Shown here piece after piece: positions 24,092 to 34,887 of a DNA stretch of 64,000 bases; the stretch's first letter is position 1; the number at the start of each line of letters is the position of its first letter. Origin of the DNA: Amphiscolops sp. MND2022 (Eukaryota); contig OZ076409.1 of NCBI GenBank assembly GCA_964187785.1, positions 31,808,001-31,872,000 of the forward strand, in the 5' to 3' direction. The notes beneath the pieces were generated by a model. It was not told the origin of the DNA, did no database searches, and saw only the letters and a program-made list of their open reading frames with translations. Position numbers and translations under genes: made by a program.

Positions 24092-27000
24092 ATGCAGTCG
24101 TCTGACGGCGCAACAGCAACTCCTTTAACTTCTTAGCAATCCCATGTAACTTTTGTTTGTGGTAAATGTGGAAAAGAGTTTTCGCGCAAATACAACCGAA
24201 ACCGACATGAAAAGACCCACGACAAGGATGATTTACACTGTGGACAGTGCAGCTGCATTGCAAAAAGTAGCCAAGACCTCAACACTCATAAATCTCTGAA
24301 GCATGTGGAAAAGAAAAACTTCAAATGCGGCTACTGTGATTCAACCTTTGCAACAATGCTCAAGTTGCAACAGCATACACATACCGAACATGAAATGTTA
24401 AAATCACCAAATTCTCAACTGAACGATGCCCAATTTGGCGATGATGAACCACTGAAAGAACTTGTTCGTAGAAAGAGACACATTATGGGGGATCAAATTG
24501 TTTTGCTACCCCACCAAACAACTGTCAATTTTCTTTTGAAGGATGAAGAGATTGATAATATTTGTCAAGTACTCGATGAAGCTTTTGCAAGAATAAAAAG
24601 GGTATCCAAAATGAATGTCAGTTTTGGATACAATCTCTCAAACAACGAAACTGGCGAATATCGGTACTACTACTCAAATGACAATACCACGGTCTTACCC
24701 AAACCAAAGCTAGTAGAAAACTTTGAACAATTCAAACTGCTAAAACAGGACATTTTCAACACTGACTTTATTGAAAAACTTACAAACTTTCGCGACAGCA
24801 CAAAATGGACTTTTTTTGCCTAACCAACGTCTCTCTACATGCCACACACTTGTCACTCCTGCCAATGGGCAGCACCGATCAAGATGTGGTAGATATTCCG
24901 GATTTCATCAAATCCGCAAGGAGTGTGTGGACACTTACCTTCAACAAATCCACAAAAAGAAAGCTTAATGATAATCTTTGCGTTTTTCGTGCCTTGGCTG
25001 CCTTCCAACAAAACTCCATGCATGGATTGAAATCTAAAACAATGGAGCTTTTTCAAATGTACATTCGCGGAGTGCAAAAGAACGTTCAAGATTTTGCCGG
25101 TATTGAGCTGTCGGACCTGCCAGACGTTGAAAAGTTTTGTTCTTGCGCCATCCGAGTGTTTTCAGCTGAACTAGATGTACACAATGTAGTACAAGGTGAA
25201 TTGCTATACCGAAGTAAAACGTTGGAAATGGACATGCAATCCAATTTTTTGATCTGCTTCTAGTCGATAACCACACTTGTCTAATCCGAAATTTAAATGT
25301 ATTTTATCGACGATTCAAGTGCATCAAGTGTGAACAGTACTTTTCACGACTGATTGAATTGAATCGCCATCTGAAGTCATGCTCGGAAAAATCAGATCAC
25401 TCCTATCCAGGTGGGAAATACACGCCCACTGAAAGTTTTTTCACGACGCTAGAGACCGTGTTTGATGTCTGTGTTCCGCATGAGCATAGATTCTACAAGT
25501 CTTTTGTTACTTTTGATTTTGAATCAATTTTGAGACAAAAGTCGTCATCAAAACGGCAAACAAATGAATTTGATACCAACCAAGATGATTGTTTCATCAA
25601 GACAAAAAAATTGGAGTTTACTCATCAACATATTCCCGTATCGGCTGCAGTATATCAAAATATTACAACAGACGACTCGGCTGCAAAGTGGCTAGTGGAA
25701 AAAGACCCTAACGTTCTGGTAGACAAGTTTGTAGACTATTTAATGGACTTGTCCCTCAAAAATATCTCTCACCAGCGACAAAAATTTTTACCCTATCTAG
25801 AACAAATTGATGAAATTATTAGATTTTGAACCAGATGACACCATGGGAGAGTACACACACTCAGATGATGAAGGAGCTGCTCTAAACGAAACCACTGCCG
25901 CTACTACTACTGTATCCAGCACACAGCAGAGATTGCACAGATTCCTGAAACGAACACGAACACAGTTCTTACAATACATTGACCAGCTACCAGTTGTTGG
26001 TTTCAATAGTGGATTCTACGATTTGAACTTGATAAAGCCATATCTTTTAAAGTCGCTGCAGCGTTTCCTTAGCTCGTCATCCATCAAGTGTATTAAACGA
26101 AATACTCGCTTCTTACTCCTTTCGACACCAAACCTGCGCTTCATGGACTGTAGTCATTTTGTTGCTGCTGGTACATCATTAGACAAGTTTTTGAAAGCTT
26201 ATGGTAGCAAAGTCAGCAAGTTTTTTTCCTTACGAACATCTCACCCGTTTTGAAATTTTACAAGAAACTAGATTACCACCCTACGAAGCATTCTTTTCCT
26301 CACTGAAGAATGAAAACGTTTTGGAGAACGAGGTTAACAGTTTTGTTCGGAACGGCGGCAGCCTCACCGAGGACATTAAACAAACATGGGACCACGAAGG
26401 GTTTCAAACAATGATGGATTATTTACAATATTACAATAACCTTGATGTTTATCCCCTCCACAAGGCTGTGACCAAAATGGCCCAATTCAATGAACAACAC
26501 TCGATTGACTTGCTGAAGGAAACTCTAACACTCAGCGGTGCCGCCAACAAAATTTTACATCGATCAAACAAAGGCGAAGGAATTTTTTTGTTCAATTATA
26601 AAGACAAGGATTTGTATCAAAGTGTTCGAAACAACATTGTTGGAGGGCCAAGTATAGTGTTTAGTCGTTACGAAAAAACTAATGAAACTGTAATCAATGA
26701 TGAAAAAGTCAAGTCAATAGTTGGTAATGATGCCAACGCTTTGTATTTATCTGCTATTGGTGGGAACATGCCAACTGGACTGTTGACTCATTACGTGTGC
26801 AACAGCGACAACGCTCTAGTTTCCGAAAAAAGTAAATTTTTACAAGCCGAACGACAGTATGTTGCTTTTATCTCCAAACATCATCACGACCAAAACCCAA
26901 GTTGTTCAGTGACCACTCGTTTCACAAATATGCGCCACCAAGTTAGAACACTCGTTCCCGATGCTATCTGTGTGTCCTGTAAAACTGTTTGGGAATTTAT

Positions 27001-28521
27001 GGGATGTTATCATCACGCCCATGACTGTATAAGTTGGGTTAGTTGACAAAATTTTAATTTTGAAATAATGAATCATACTTTCTTTTGAAGTGCTTCAAAC
27101 TGCTAAATGTTTCAGCCGCCTCTAATTCATGGAAAAACACCGGCGAAAATTCGTGAAAATGACAAGGAGCGTACGAAAGTTATTCTAAATGCAGGATATC
27201 GTGTGATTGAGCAATGGGAGTGTCAATGGAATCAGCTTAAAGAAACAGACCCCGAAATAAAAGAATTTGTGAGGAAATTTGAATGTCCACCACAAAAGTT
27301 TTCAACGTTGGAGACTTTTCTCAATGCAGTTCTGAAAGAAAAAGTCTATGGAATAGCTGAAATTGACATTCACGTTCCAGATCACTTGAAGGAACACTTT
27401 AAAGAACTTCCGCCCATCTTCAAAAATACAACTGTCGAGAGGCAACATCTTTCCGCGGAAATGCAAGATTATGCCAAAGAGTTCGGTTTGATGAAAAACG
27501 GTTGGAAATGTCTTGTCGCCAGCTACTTTGGAGAAAAGATTATGTTATCTACCGACTACATCAAGTGGTGTTTAGAACATGGTTTGGTTGTTACAAAATG
27601 CTACCAGTTTCTTACAAAAAAGCACAACCCTTCAAAGATTTTTTGGATTTTGTAACAGAAAACAGGCGTCGAGGAGATGTAGACAAGTCGCTCAGTGTGA
27701 TTGCAGAAACATCCAAACTTATTGGAAATAGCGCATATGGCATCCAACTCATAAACAAATCAAAATTTCAAAACACGCTTTTTGTTGATGAAAGAAAAGT
27801 TGATCAAAAAATCAATTCTCCGAAATTCCGGTCCAATGACATTGTGGATGAAAAAATATACGAAATTAACATGGCTAAAAGAAAAACTGTGCACGATGGA
27901 CCCATTCTCGTTGGTTTTACAGTACTAAACAATGGAAAACAAAGAATGTTAGAGTTTCGTTACGACTTTCTCGGCAGAATTATGAGACCGAGGTCTTTCC
28001 GTGCTATAGAGATGGACACAGACTCTTTCTACATGGCTTTGACAGAAAACGATCTATACGAATGTTTCAATGAGGTTACGAAAACACAAATGCAAGAAAA
28101 TGCAAAGCATTATCATGAACAAGAAGATTGCTATCTACCAAATGCTCAACTGAATTTTCTAACACGAAGCTGCTGTAAAGAACACGGTGCAATGGATAAA
28201 AGAACACCTGGACTTTTCAAAATTGAATGGAAAGGAACGTAAATGATTTGTCTCAACAGCAAAACCTACTGTGCATTCAACGAAAACAACAAAAAGATGA
28301 AAATGGCTCTTAAAGGAAGCAACAAAAATCTAGAGTCGCCATTGGAGAGATTTAAATTTGTCTTGTTCAACAAAGTCCCCTACGAAGGATCCAACAAAGG
28401 GTTTCGCTACTACCGAGGAAACATGTTCACATATAAACAAAACCAAATGTCTATAACATTTTTTTATTACAAACGATTTGTGCATGCTGATGGCATTACA
28501 ACATCCCCAATAAATGAATAG
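24092..28521 (+). pseudogene. Protein-primed family B DNA polymerase with N-terminal C2H2 fingers and an inserted VSR-like nuclease; intron 27038-27115; several frameshifts and stops
   Basis: Three C2H2 fingers. Exonuclease motifs FDFES, GFNSGFYD, YNNLDV. Polymerase motifs VGGPS, DANALY, KLIGNSAYG, DTDS, KRTPGLFK, CLNSKTY. VSR-like PD...EFMGCYHH...WECQW joined by a phase-0 GTTAGT...TTTCAG intron. Confidence 0.93.
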
Positions 28522-28609
28522 CGTGACTCGGAATTTTTTCTGTATAAAATTAGTTTGAATGTAGTTGTTTTTCTTTCAGTTTCGTCGAAAGCTCAACAAC
28601 TTTTCAGAA

Positions 28610-29429
28610 ATGGCAAGCAATGAATGGACACCACCGACTCGAAAAAATTAAACTGCTCCTCCTACTGTTTTTCGCAAAGAGAAAAAGAGGACGAGACAAT
28701 CAATTATTGGTTTAGGTAAACATTTGAACATAATCCAACTAGAGTTAAAATATAGTCCAATTGTGATTTTGTATTTATGATGTTTCAGACACACCTCTTG
28801 GTGATGACAGCACAGTTAGTCGAAAAAGTACTACCCCTAACAGTAACCATCAAAATAAAGTGTTGTTTCCGGACGATGCTGCGGAATACCAAATTGACGA
28901 ATCAGAAAGGAACCGCTTGGAGAAATTGTTCATAGAGGATGATAAAAACAAAGTCGCATGGTACTTTGAGGATGATAAAGCTGATGGTAACAACAAGCCA
29001 TCCACAAGTAGCTATCTTGAACAAAGTTTAAAGGTACTTTTTGTTTTTTCTTGTTGTAAAAGTCTCTAACATAGACAAGGTTATTTTTGCTTCAGAACAC
29101 TGATAATTTGAACACGGAGGAGTTCGAATTGCTGAAAAAAGTAGAACTGCTCGAAGACAAAGTTTCAAAAGCTACAACCTCAGATTTAGAGGAACAAGTG
29201 AGAGTAACTGACTTTTGTCCCCCGCCAGTAATCAGTTCACTAATGTTTGTAAAAGCTTTATATTTTTTCCTTTTAGGAAATGCAAAACAAAACTTGCACT
29301 TTCGCTGAATTGTTTCCTGATCTAGTTGATTCGTCGGGAGAGCCCTTGCTTACAATGGAAGACTTAGAGACTGCAAAAACGCTTGCTCAACAGTTTGAAC
29401 TAGCGTCTCGGAAAAGAAAGTATCCGTAA
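28610..29429 (+). pseudogene. Four-exon Polinton orphan gene (exons 28610-28715, 28789-29033, 29096-29197, 29277-29429); one premature TAA in exon 1
   Basis: Three 62-79-bp GT-AG introns with phases 1, 0, 0 join into one frame ending SRKRKYP*. Confidence 0.7.
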
Positions 29430-29534
29430 GATTCGTGAAAAGGTTAAAAAAAGTTTTCAAGGCTAGGTGTTCATGTCGTTCAACCAGAATTCATGAAAAT
29501 ATTTTACTTTCTAGTTTCTTCGTCATCATCATGC

Positions 29535-29759
29535 CTACTGCTCATCATCAATCATCCAGTCTTGCAAAATGTCGTCAATTTGTTGAACTTGATCCAACCA
29601 TGACAACAAGCGTTCAAACAGTTCTACAACCTCAACATTGAGATGTATCAGACCATCGTCATCATCATCAGCATCATCTTCGTCAAATGAAACCATTGAA
29701 TTATAACCGCTGTCTGTTGCAAGACTGTCAGAATCATTGCTCAAATTTTCAATATCCAT
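29535..29759 (-). CDS. Small acidic hypothetical protein
   Basis: 74-aa ATG-initiated ORF near the right end; contains DSGYNS, matching the DSGxxS degron consensus. Confidence 0.4.
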   Translation of the reverse strand: MDIENLSNDSDSLATDSGYNSMVSFDEDDADDDDDGLIHLNVEVVELFERLLSWLDQVQQIDDILQDWMIDDEQ

Positions 29760-30125
29760 TTATCTTGTACTTTAATTTCAAACAAGTTTTATTCACGTGT
29801 CAACATTCTGGATAACACAAATGTAGAGAGTTTACGCTTTTTGTGTTGAACCATCAGTGTTTTTTTTGCCGAAAAGTAGCCCTTGCACAAATACTAGGAA
29901 AGAATTTTGAGGATATGCTGAGGCTCAAACCTGGATAACAACAGATCCCACTAGAAGGAAGAAGGCAAGAGAATTAGGATTTGTGCAAAGTACTACTTTA
30001 TCACCCAGCAAACTAACTACTTTTAGACTCAGTTTTTGCTTGGCTCAATAGAAAAAACCATTACATTTTTGTTAGTCGCTCTTGTTCGTCAACCAATGAA
30101 ATGAAATGATTGGTGACGTTATTCT

Positions 30126-30249
30126 AAATGTTTTGCATTCGGTTACGTCATTGTGTCGCAATCATGACGTCATTTGGAGTCCGTGTTATGACCATATTCG
30201 GTTACTCACTGAACCCCCCCCACCTATAATGCCACGTGCTTCTACTACT
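30126..30249 (-). repeat. Right terminal inverted repeat of the Polinton
   Basis: Reverse complement of the left terminus; followed by TSD GACGCA. Confidence 0.9.
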
Positions 30250-31904
30250 GACGCAGATCTAAAAAATTCCTTTTCAAAACATTCGTTACAAACTATCACC
30301 AATGTATAACTCACTGAAAGTTACGACAGAGTAATGAAAAAATCTAACTAGCGAAGCTTGAAATGAATTCTCTAAAACATAGAAGATAAATGGATCCGCT
30401 AAGTTGCTTCAAAAACATTTGTGCACATCTTGATTTGAAAAATGAACCAACAACCAACAAAAACCCAAGAATTTATTTCACACTTGGATTATACTGACAC
30501 TCACGGAGTCAAACCGAGCGTGAACATGAGAGATGTTACTTTTACTACGCATTCGGGCGTCGTAAAACTACAGTCAACAGAAGGACCACATAAAATTGTC
30601 AATACCTCCAATAAAAATGAGTCGAAACATGGTAAGTGTGTCCATTAATGACATTCTGAATATTAATATCAAAACAAGGCTCATTATGCACAGCTTACTG
30701 CTTATGCATTCTTGATTTGACACGCAAAAAAGTTTTAAAATGATGTTAATGAAAAAAACAATCAACCAAAACCAGTCCCTGCATCATGATCAAAAAGACC
30801 TAACCTCGTAAATCCTGAACTGAACACACTTAATGAAAAACTGTCTTTCTCAACAAAATTGCTCCTTGTGCAATAAAAAATAGTTTAAGAAAGGTGCTTC
30901 ATTCAATAAATAGTCTATATACAATGCAGTATTTTCAAAGGAATCAATTATCCAAACAGTTCTTCATCAGAACATAGGTATAACTAGTTCTTTTCGGCAA
31001 CCAACTGACCCTGCATCGAACTTTTTTCTTTGGAAACCTTGCGTAGATGCAAGTCTAAGATCTTTTTTATTCAACTAAAATACAGAAAGGCAGGTGTTCA
31101 AAGAGACACGATTAATTAACAAAAAAATAACTGAATGATTGCTAGTTCGTTTTTTTCTCTCAGTACAATTCAACTTTACTATTGGATGGATAAGCGAAAG
31201 CCAAAAGCGTTAACTGAGAAAACTTGTAGGTATTTCGGGAGTGCACCATATCCCCGTAACCGGTCAGGTTTTATCCCCTCAGGGTCATTCAAGAAAAGAG
31301 TTTCAATATATTGGATGAAGTCATAAGCTAGGTCCGTTGCATGGCATTTTGTCATCCGCCTGGCCTTTATAGACAAAAACTGTTTTGCAAAGGAAGAATT
31401 CAGCTTTCCATTAACCTTTTTCCGCCGTTGTAAGCAGTCTTAATCTGATTACAGTTGAAGCAACTCTACAGAAGTTGTCAAAATCCCGTTCCGGGGCAAG
31501 CAAAGACCAGCAACAAAACGGTATACTGGCCCATTTTAATCAAACAGTGAAAAGCAATAAACCATCATAATTTTAATCAAAGTATCGGGAGTATCAAGTC
31601 AAAAAGTTAAGAAAAAAATATTCTGCTAAAAACTTCCGTTAGATATTATATCCAATGTATAATTCATTAAACCTTATGACGGTGTATTAGGAAAATAAAA
31701 CTGGCGAAGCAGAAAAAACGTTTCTCGATCTGCTAAGTTTTTTTAGTGAAAGATGTGCACTTCACAGCTAGCAAAAATTAAGATAGAACTAACAAAGTTT
31801 CTAGAAGTCTTTTCAGACTTGGGTGTTTCTGACACTGACTGAGTCAAACCGGGCGTGTAAGCGACGTCTACGGATGTCCACCTCCACAAAATACCCCGAA
31901 TAAT

Positions 31905-32500
31905 TTAAATCCAAACGCGGTAAGTGTGTCTGTCGTGATCGTTCTCACCCTGTAGGGAATCATTTGAACTGTCCCAGAGGTTGCGATTCCGATAACTTAA
32001 GTTAAAATTTATTTTAGACCGGTTTTCCCGTGCTCTTACTATTTTCAGCTTCGGTGGTCCTGCTAAGTCTACTGGACCTAAGGTCCACACCTGCCCGAAA
32101 TCCGGGCCTCTGACATCCCAAAGTATTTTGAATGTTAGGCAATATCTTCTCACTGATTGCCGAATTTATTGATTCTATTATCTGAGCATTTAGGTCTCTT
32201 TTTAGCTCATCCATCCTCCTGGATATTTCTGTATATACTAATCTGACAGTTTCTATGGTAGTTTCACTGTTTTCCCTGCTGTTTGACCTGAAAAATGACC
32301 TGAAAGCTTTACTATTCTGAACTATGTCCTGCCTGGGTCTGTCCGACGTAAGGTCTACTTCTATATTTCAGTCTTCAGAATTACTTTCTAGTTTATTTCT
32401 TGAATAATATCCCAATATTACGTCTAAATTTTCTACGTCAGACAAGAAGTCTTCTTGTCTTGAGCATCTTTCTTTGGCTCTTTGCTTCCCAGTTGAAGCA
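31905..32500 (-). pseudogene. Decayed ORF remnant, possibly the gag/ORF1-like N-terminus of another retroelement
   Basis: Fragments RQEDFLSDVENLDVILG and MDELKRDLNAQIIESINSAISEKILPNIQNTL (coiled-coil-like), broken by stops. Confidence 0.3.
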
Positions 32501-33410
32501 TTGAAAATGATTGCTCAGTCGAAACTATATTATTGAGCTTGTTATCTTATCAACTGAGACAAGCAACTAACTGTAACAAATACAAATTGGATTGACGGCA
32601 AACTGTAGCAATTGTTAGAACGTTTGAACTGAATTTGAGTAAGCGTTGTATCATTTGTGTCCCTCGGACCTTCAGTTTTTACTATTTATATGTGTAGCAG
32701 CATGACACTCAAAATATTGCTGGTCATACTACTAAAAATAGAATAAAAATGAGAAAAATCTTGAATAAAAGAAAGCAATATTAATAATAGGGGAGAAGTG
32801 TTTGTAATTTATAGGACCATCGGTCCATTTGACTTAGAGCGGCGAAACTCCTGGGGGAAGAGGCAGGCTACCGCGATCGTCGAAAGCCATCTGATCGAAA
32901 CGAGGCTCGTTTGGCGCAGCTTACTGCAACGCATGCAACGTTCTTTTTGCAAATACTGTTTTCGTTTTCAAATTGGCAGGCAACATTTTTTCTGTTTTGG
33001 TTTTGTCAAATTTTGGAATGATTTCTCAAACTTAAAATTTTGTTCGCCAAAGACAGAAAGCAAGTACTAATTTGAAAACAGGAATCTAAAGGTAACATTA
33101 CCAATTCAAAGCTTCATTCGACCCATGACTCAATTCAATCAACAAAAACCGGAACGTTATCAGATTTAAGAGTTTTTTCTTTAGGATCAATGCTTTTTAC
33201 GAATCCAATTTTTACACTACTGTAATTGTTTTTAGGTTGAACAGCTCATCGAATTGTTTTAGTATTATTTGCCTTAAACAAACGTGTTCATTGCTACTTT
33301 TCAAACAAATGCCAACAAACTATGCTTGGAAGTCTAGTTGAATTGTCGATTGGGCGAAAGATTGTTTTGACACTAGTAGTAAGAATACGGGATCCAGTCC
33401 TAGTAAAAGG

Positions 33411-34120
33411 TGTAACGATAAGCGCTGGCGCTTGAACCGCAACTTAGAATGGAGGAACCAAAGCAGCGAATAGGATCCGGGACCTAGATCTCCGCGGCCC
33501 TAGCTCATTTTCCCTCCGAAGGAGCTAGTCCCATGGTGGGGGAACCGTCTTGTACGAAACTCTCTGGCCTGGTCCTAGTCTGTAATTGCTGAAGGTAACA
33601 GGCATCTTGCATGATTCAAGACCACTGCTCAACTAGCCTCTAAAAAGGGTGCTGAAAACTAGAGAAGGTTGAACCATAGTCTTGGAGAATCTGATAAAAT
33701 CGCCAAATTGGGTAAACAAATACAGATGTTAAGGGCAGCTCTCGAGCATATCAATCTACTGCAAAGAAAACATTATAAAATCAAGAGTTTGAGTCACTCG
33801 ATGGAAATTGACCTCGGCTTCCCAGCGCTAGCGCTAGTCACCACACAGGACACCGTGGAGTTCTTGGGCAAGCATGGGGAACACTGGTTTCCGCTACGAA
33901 AGCAACGTTAATCTCCCAGGGATGGGCACAACACCGTGTTCTGCAGATGGAATAGACGTCTATACAGCCGTCTCTTGTGCTCGTTCTTCGCGGGCGGCGT
34001 CTTCTGCTTTTTGCCGTTTTATTTCTGACAGGTCTTTCAACTTTAACATGTATGGGTGCCACGTCAGACCTTGAACGAATTTTTGCATCGAAAGTTTCGT
34101 TATGGGCAGTTGCCGTTACT
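33411..34120 (-). repeat. 3' LTR
   Basis: Direct repeat of 51321-52035; roughly 20 differences counted by eye. Confidence 0.95.
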
Positions 34121-34137
34121 CACGGCCACTCCCCGGG
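34121..34137 (-). promoter_or_regulatory. Probable polypurine tract
   Basis: Minus strand reads ccc-GGGGAGTGGCCGTG immediately before the 3' LTR; imperfectly purine-rich. Confidence 0.5.
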
Positions 34138-34887
34138 CTTCTGGCTTGTCGTCCCTTGCAAGCTGCGTTCGGCCTCGTCTGGGAACAGCGTCACACTGAC
34201 TGTTGGGAAGCATCATCCAGACATCAGGGGACAAGGACGAGTCCTTGTTTCTCAGCAGCTGTTTCGGTCAATTTTCACGGTTTTTCTTGAAGGAAATCTA
34301 TCCTACTGCCTAGGTATTTTTACAAAATGTGAACGGGTTTCAGCACCAGCTCGAGAGCTATGGTTTTCAGTCGGTTAAAACTCGTTTTGGCAAACATTTT
34401 TCGCTAAAAACTTTTTTTTACGACCTGGGTCAGCTAAAATCTCTTTTTTTTTGCAATTCAGTATTTGCAATTTTCAGTCAATTTCAAGCGGCTTTAAAAC
34501 TTCTTTTAGGAGCGCGCGGGCTCACTCATTAAGCAATCGATAGAAAACACTAGACAAGAAAGGAGATTGCGACTACAATGACCAATACCTTCTTCTGACT
34601 ATGGCAACTCAAAAGCACCGCGAACGGTACGCAACAAAAAAAGCAGTTTTTCTTCAGTAATAGTTTCTTTTTTCTTGCTTTGTTATCCAAGCAGCTGGGG
34701 CAGGCGCACTCTATTGTCCATACACCCAGTCCAATACTAACAATACACTAACTACGTAACTAGAAACAAAAATTTGCACCTTGTATAGGGTAGCACCGAT
34801 TTAGAGCAATGAGTTTAAAGGCACTGTTTTGGCACGGCTAAGTGTTGGGTCTGCAGGGAGCGCAATCGCTCCCTTCAGCGGCAAGGT

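Larger units (their letters stand above)
11640..30249. mobile_element. Polinton/Maverick (adintovirus-like) element, full length (18.6 kb), with frameshifts and stops
   Basis: Termini AGTAGTAGAAGCACGTGGCATTATAGGTGGGG ... CCCCACCTATAATGCCACGTGCTTCTACTACT. Perfect 6-bp TSD GACGCA at 11634-11639 and 30250-30255. Complete core gene set: pPolB, INT, ATPase, MCP, mCP, protease. Confidence 0.97.

Noticed and set aside
33669..34074. Short ORFs within the LTRs (also 51579-52003)
   Set aside because: Frames differ between the two LTR copies because of indels; no evidence of coding constraint.
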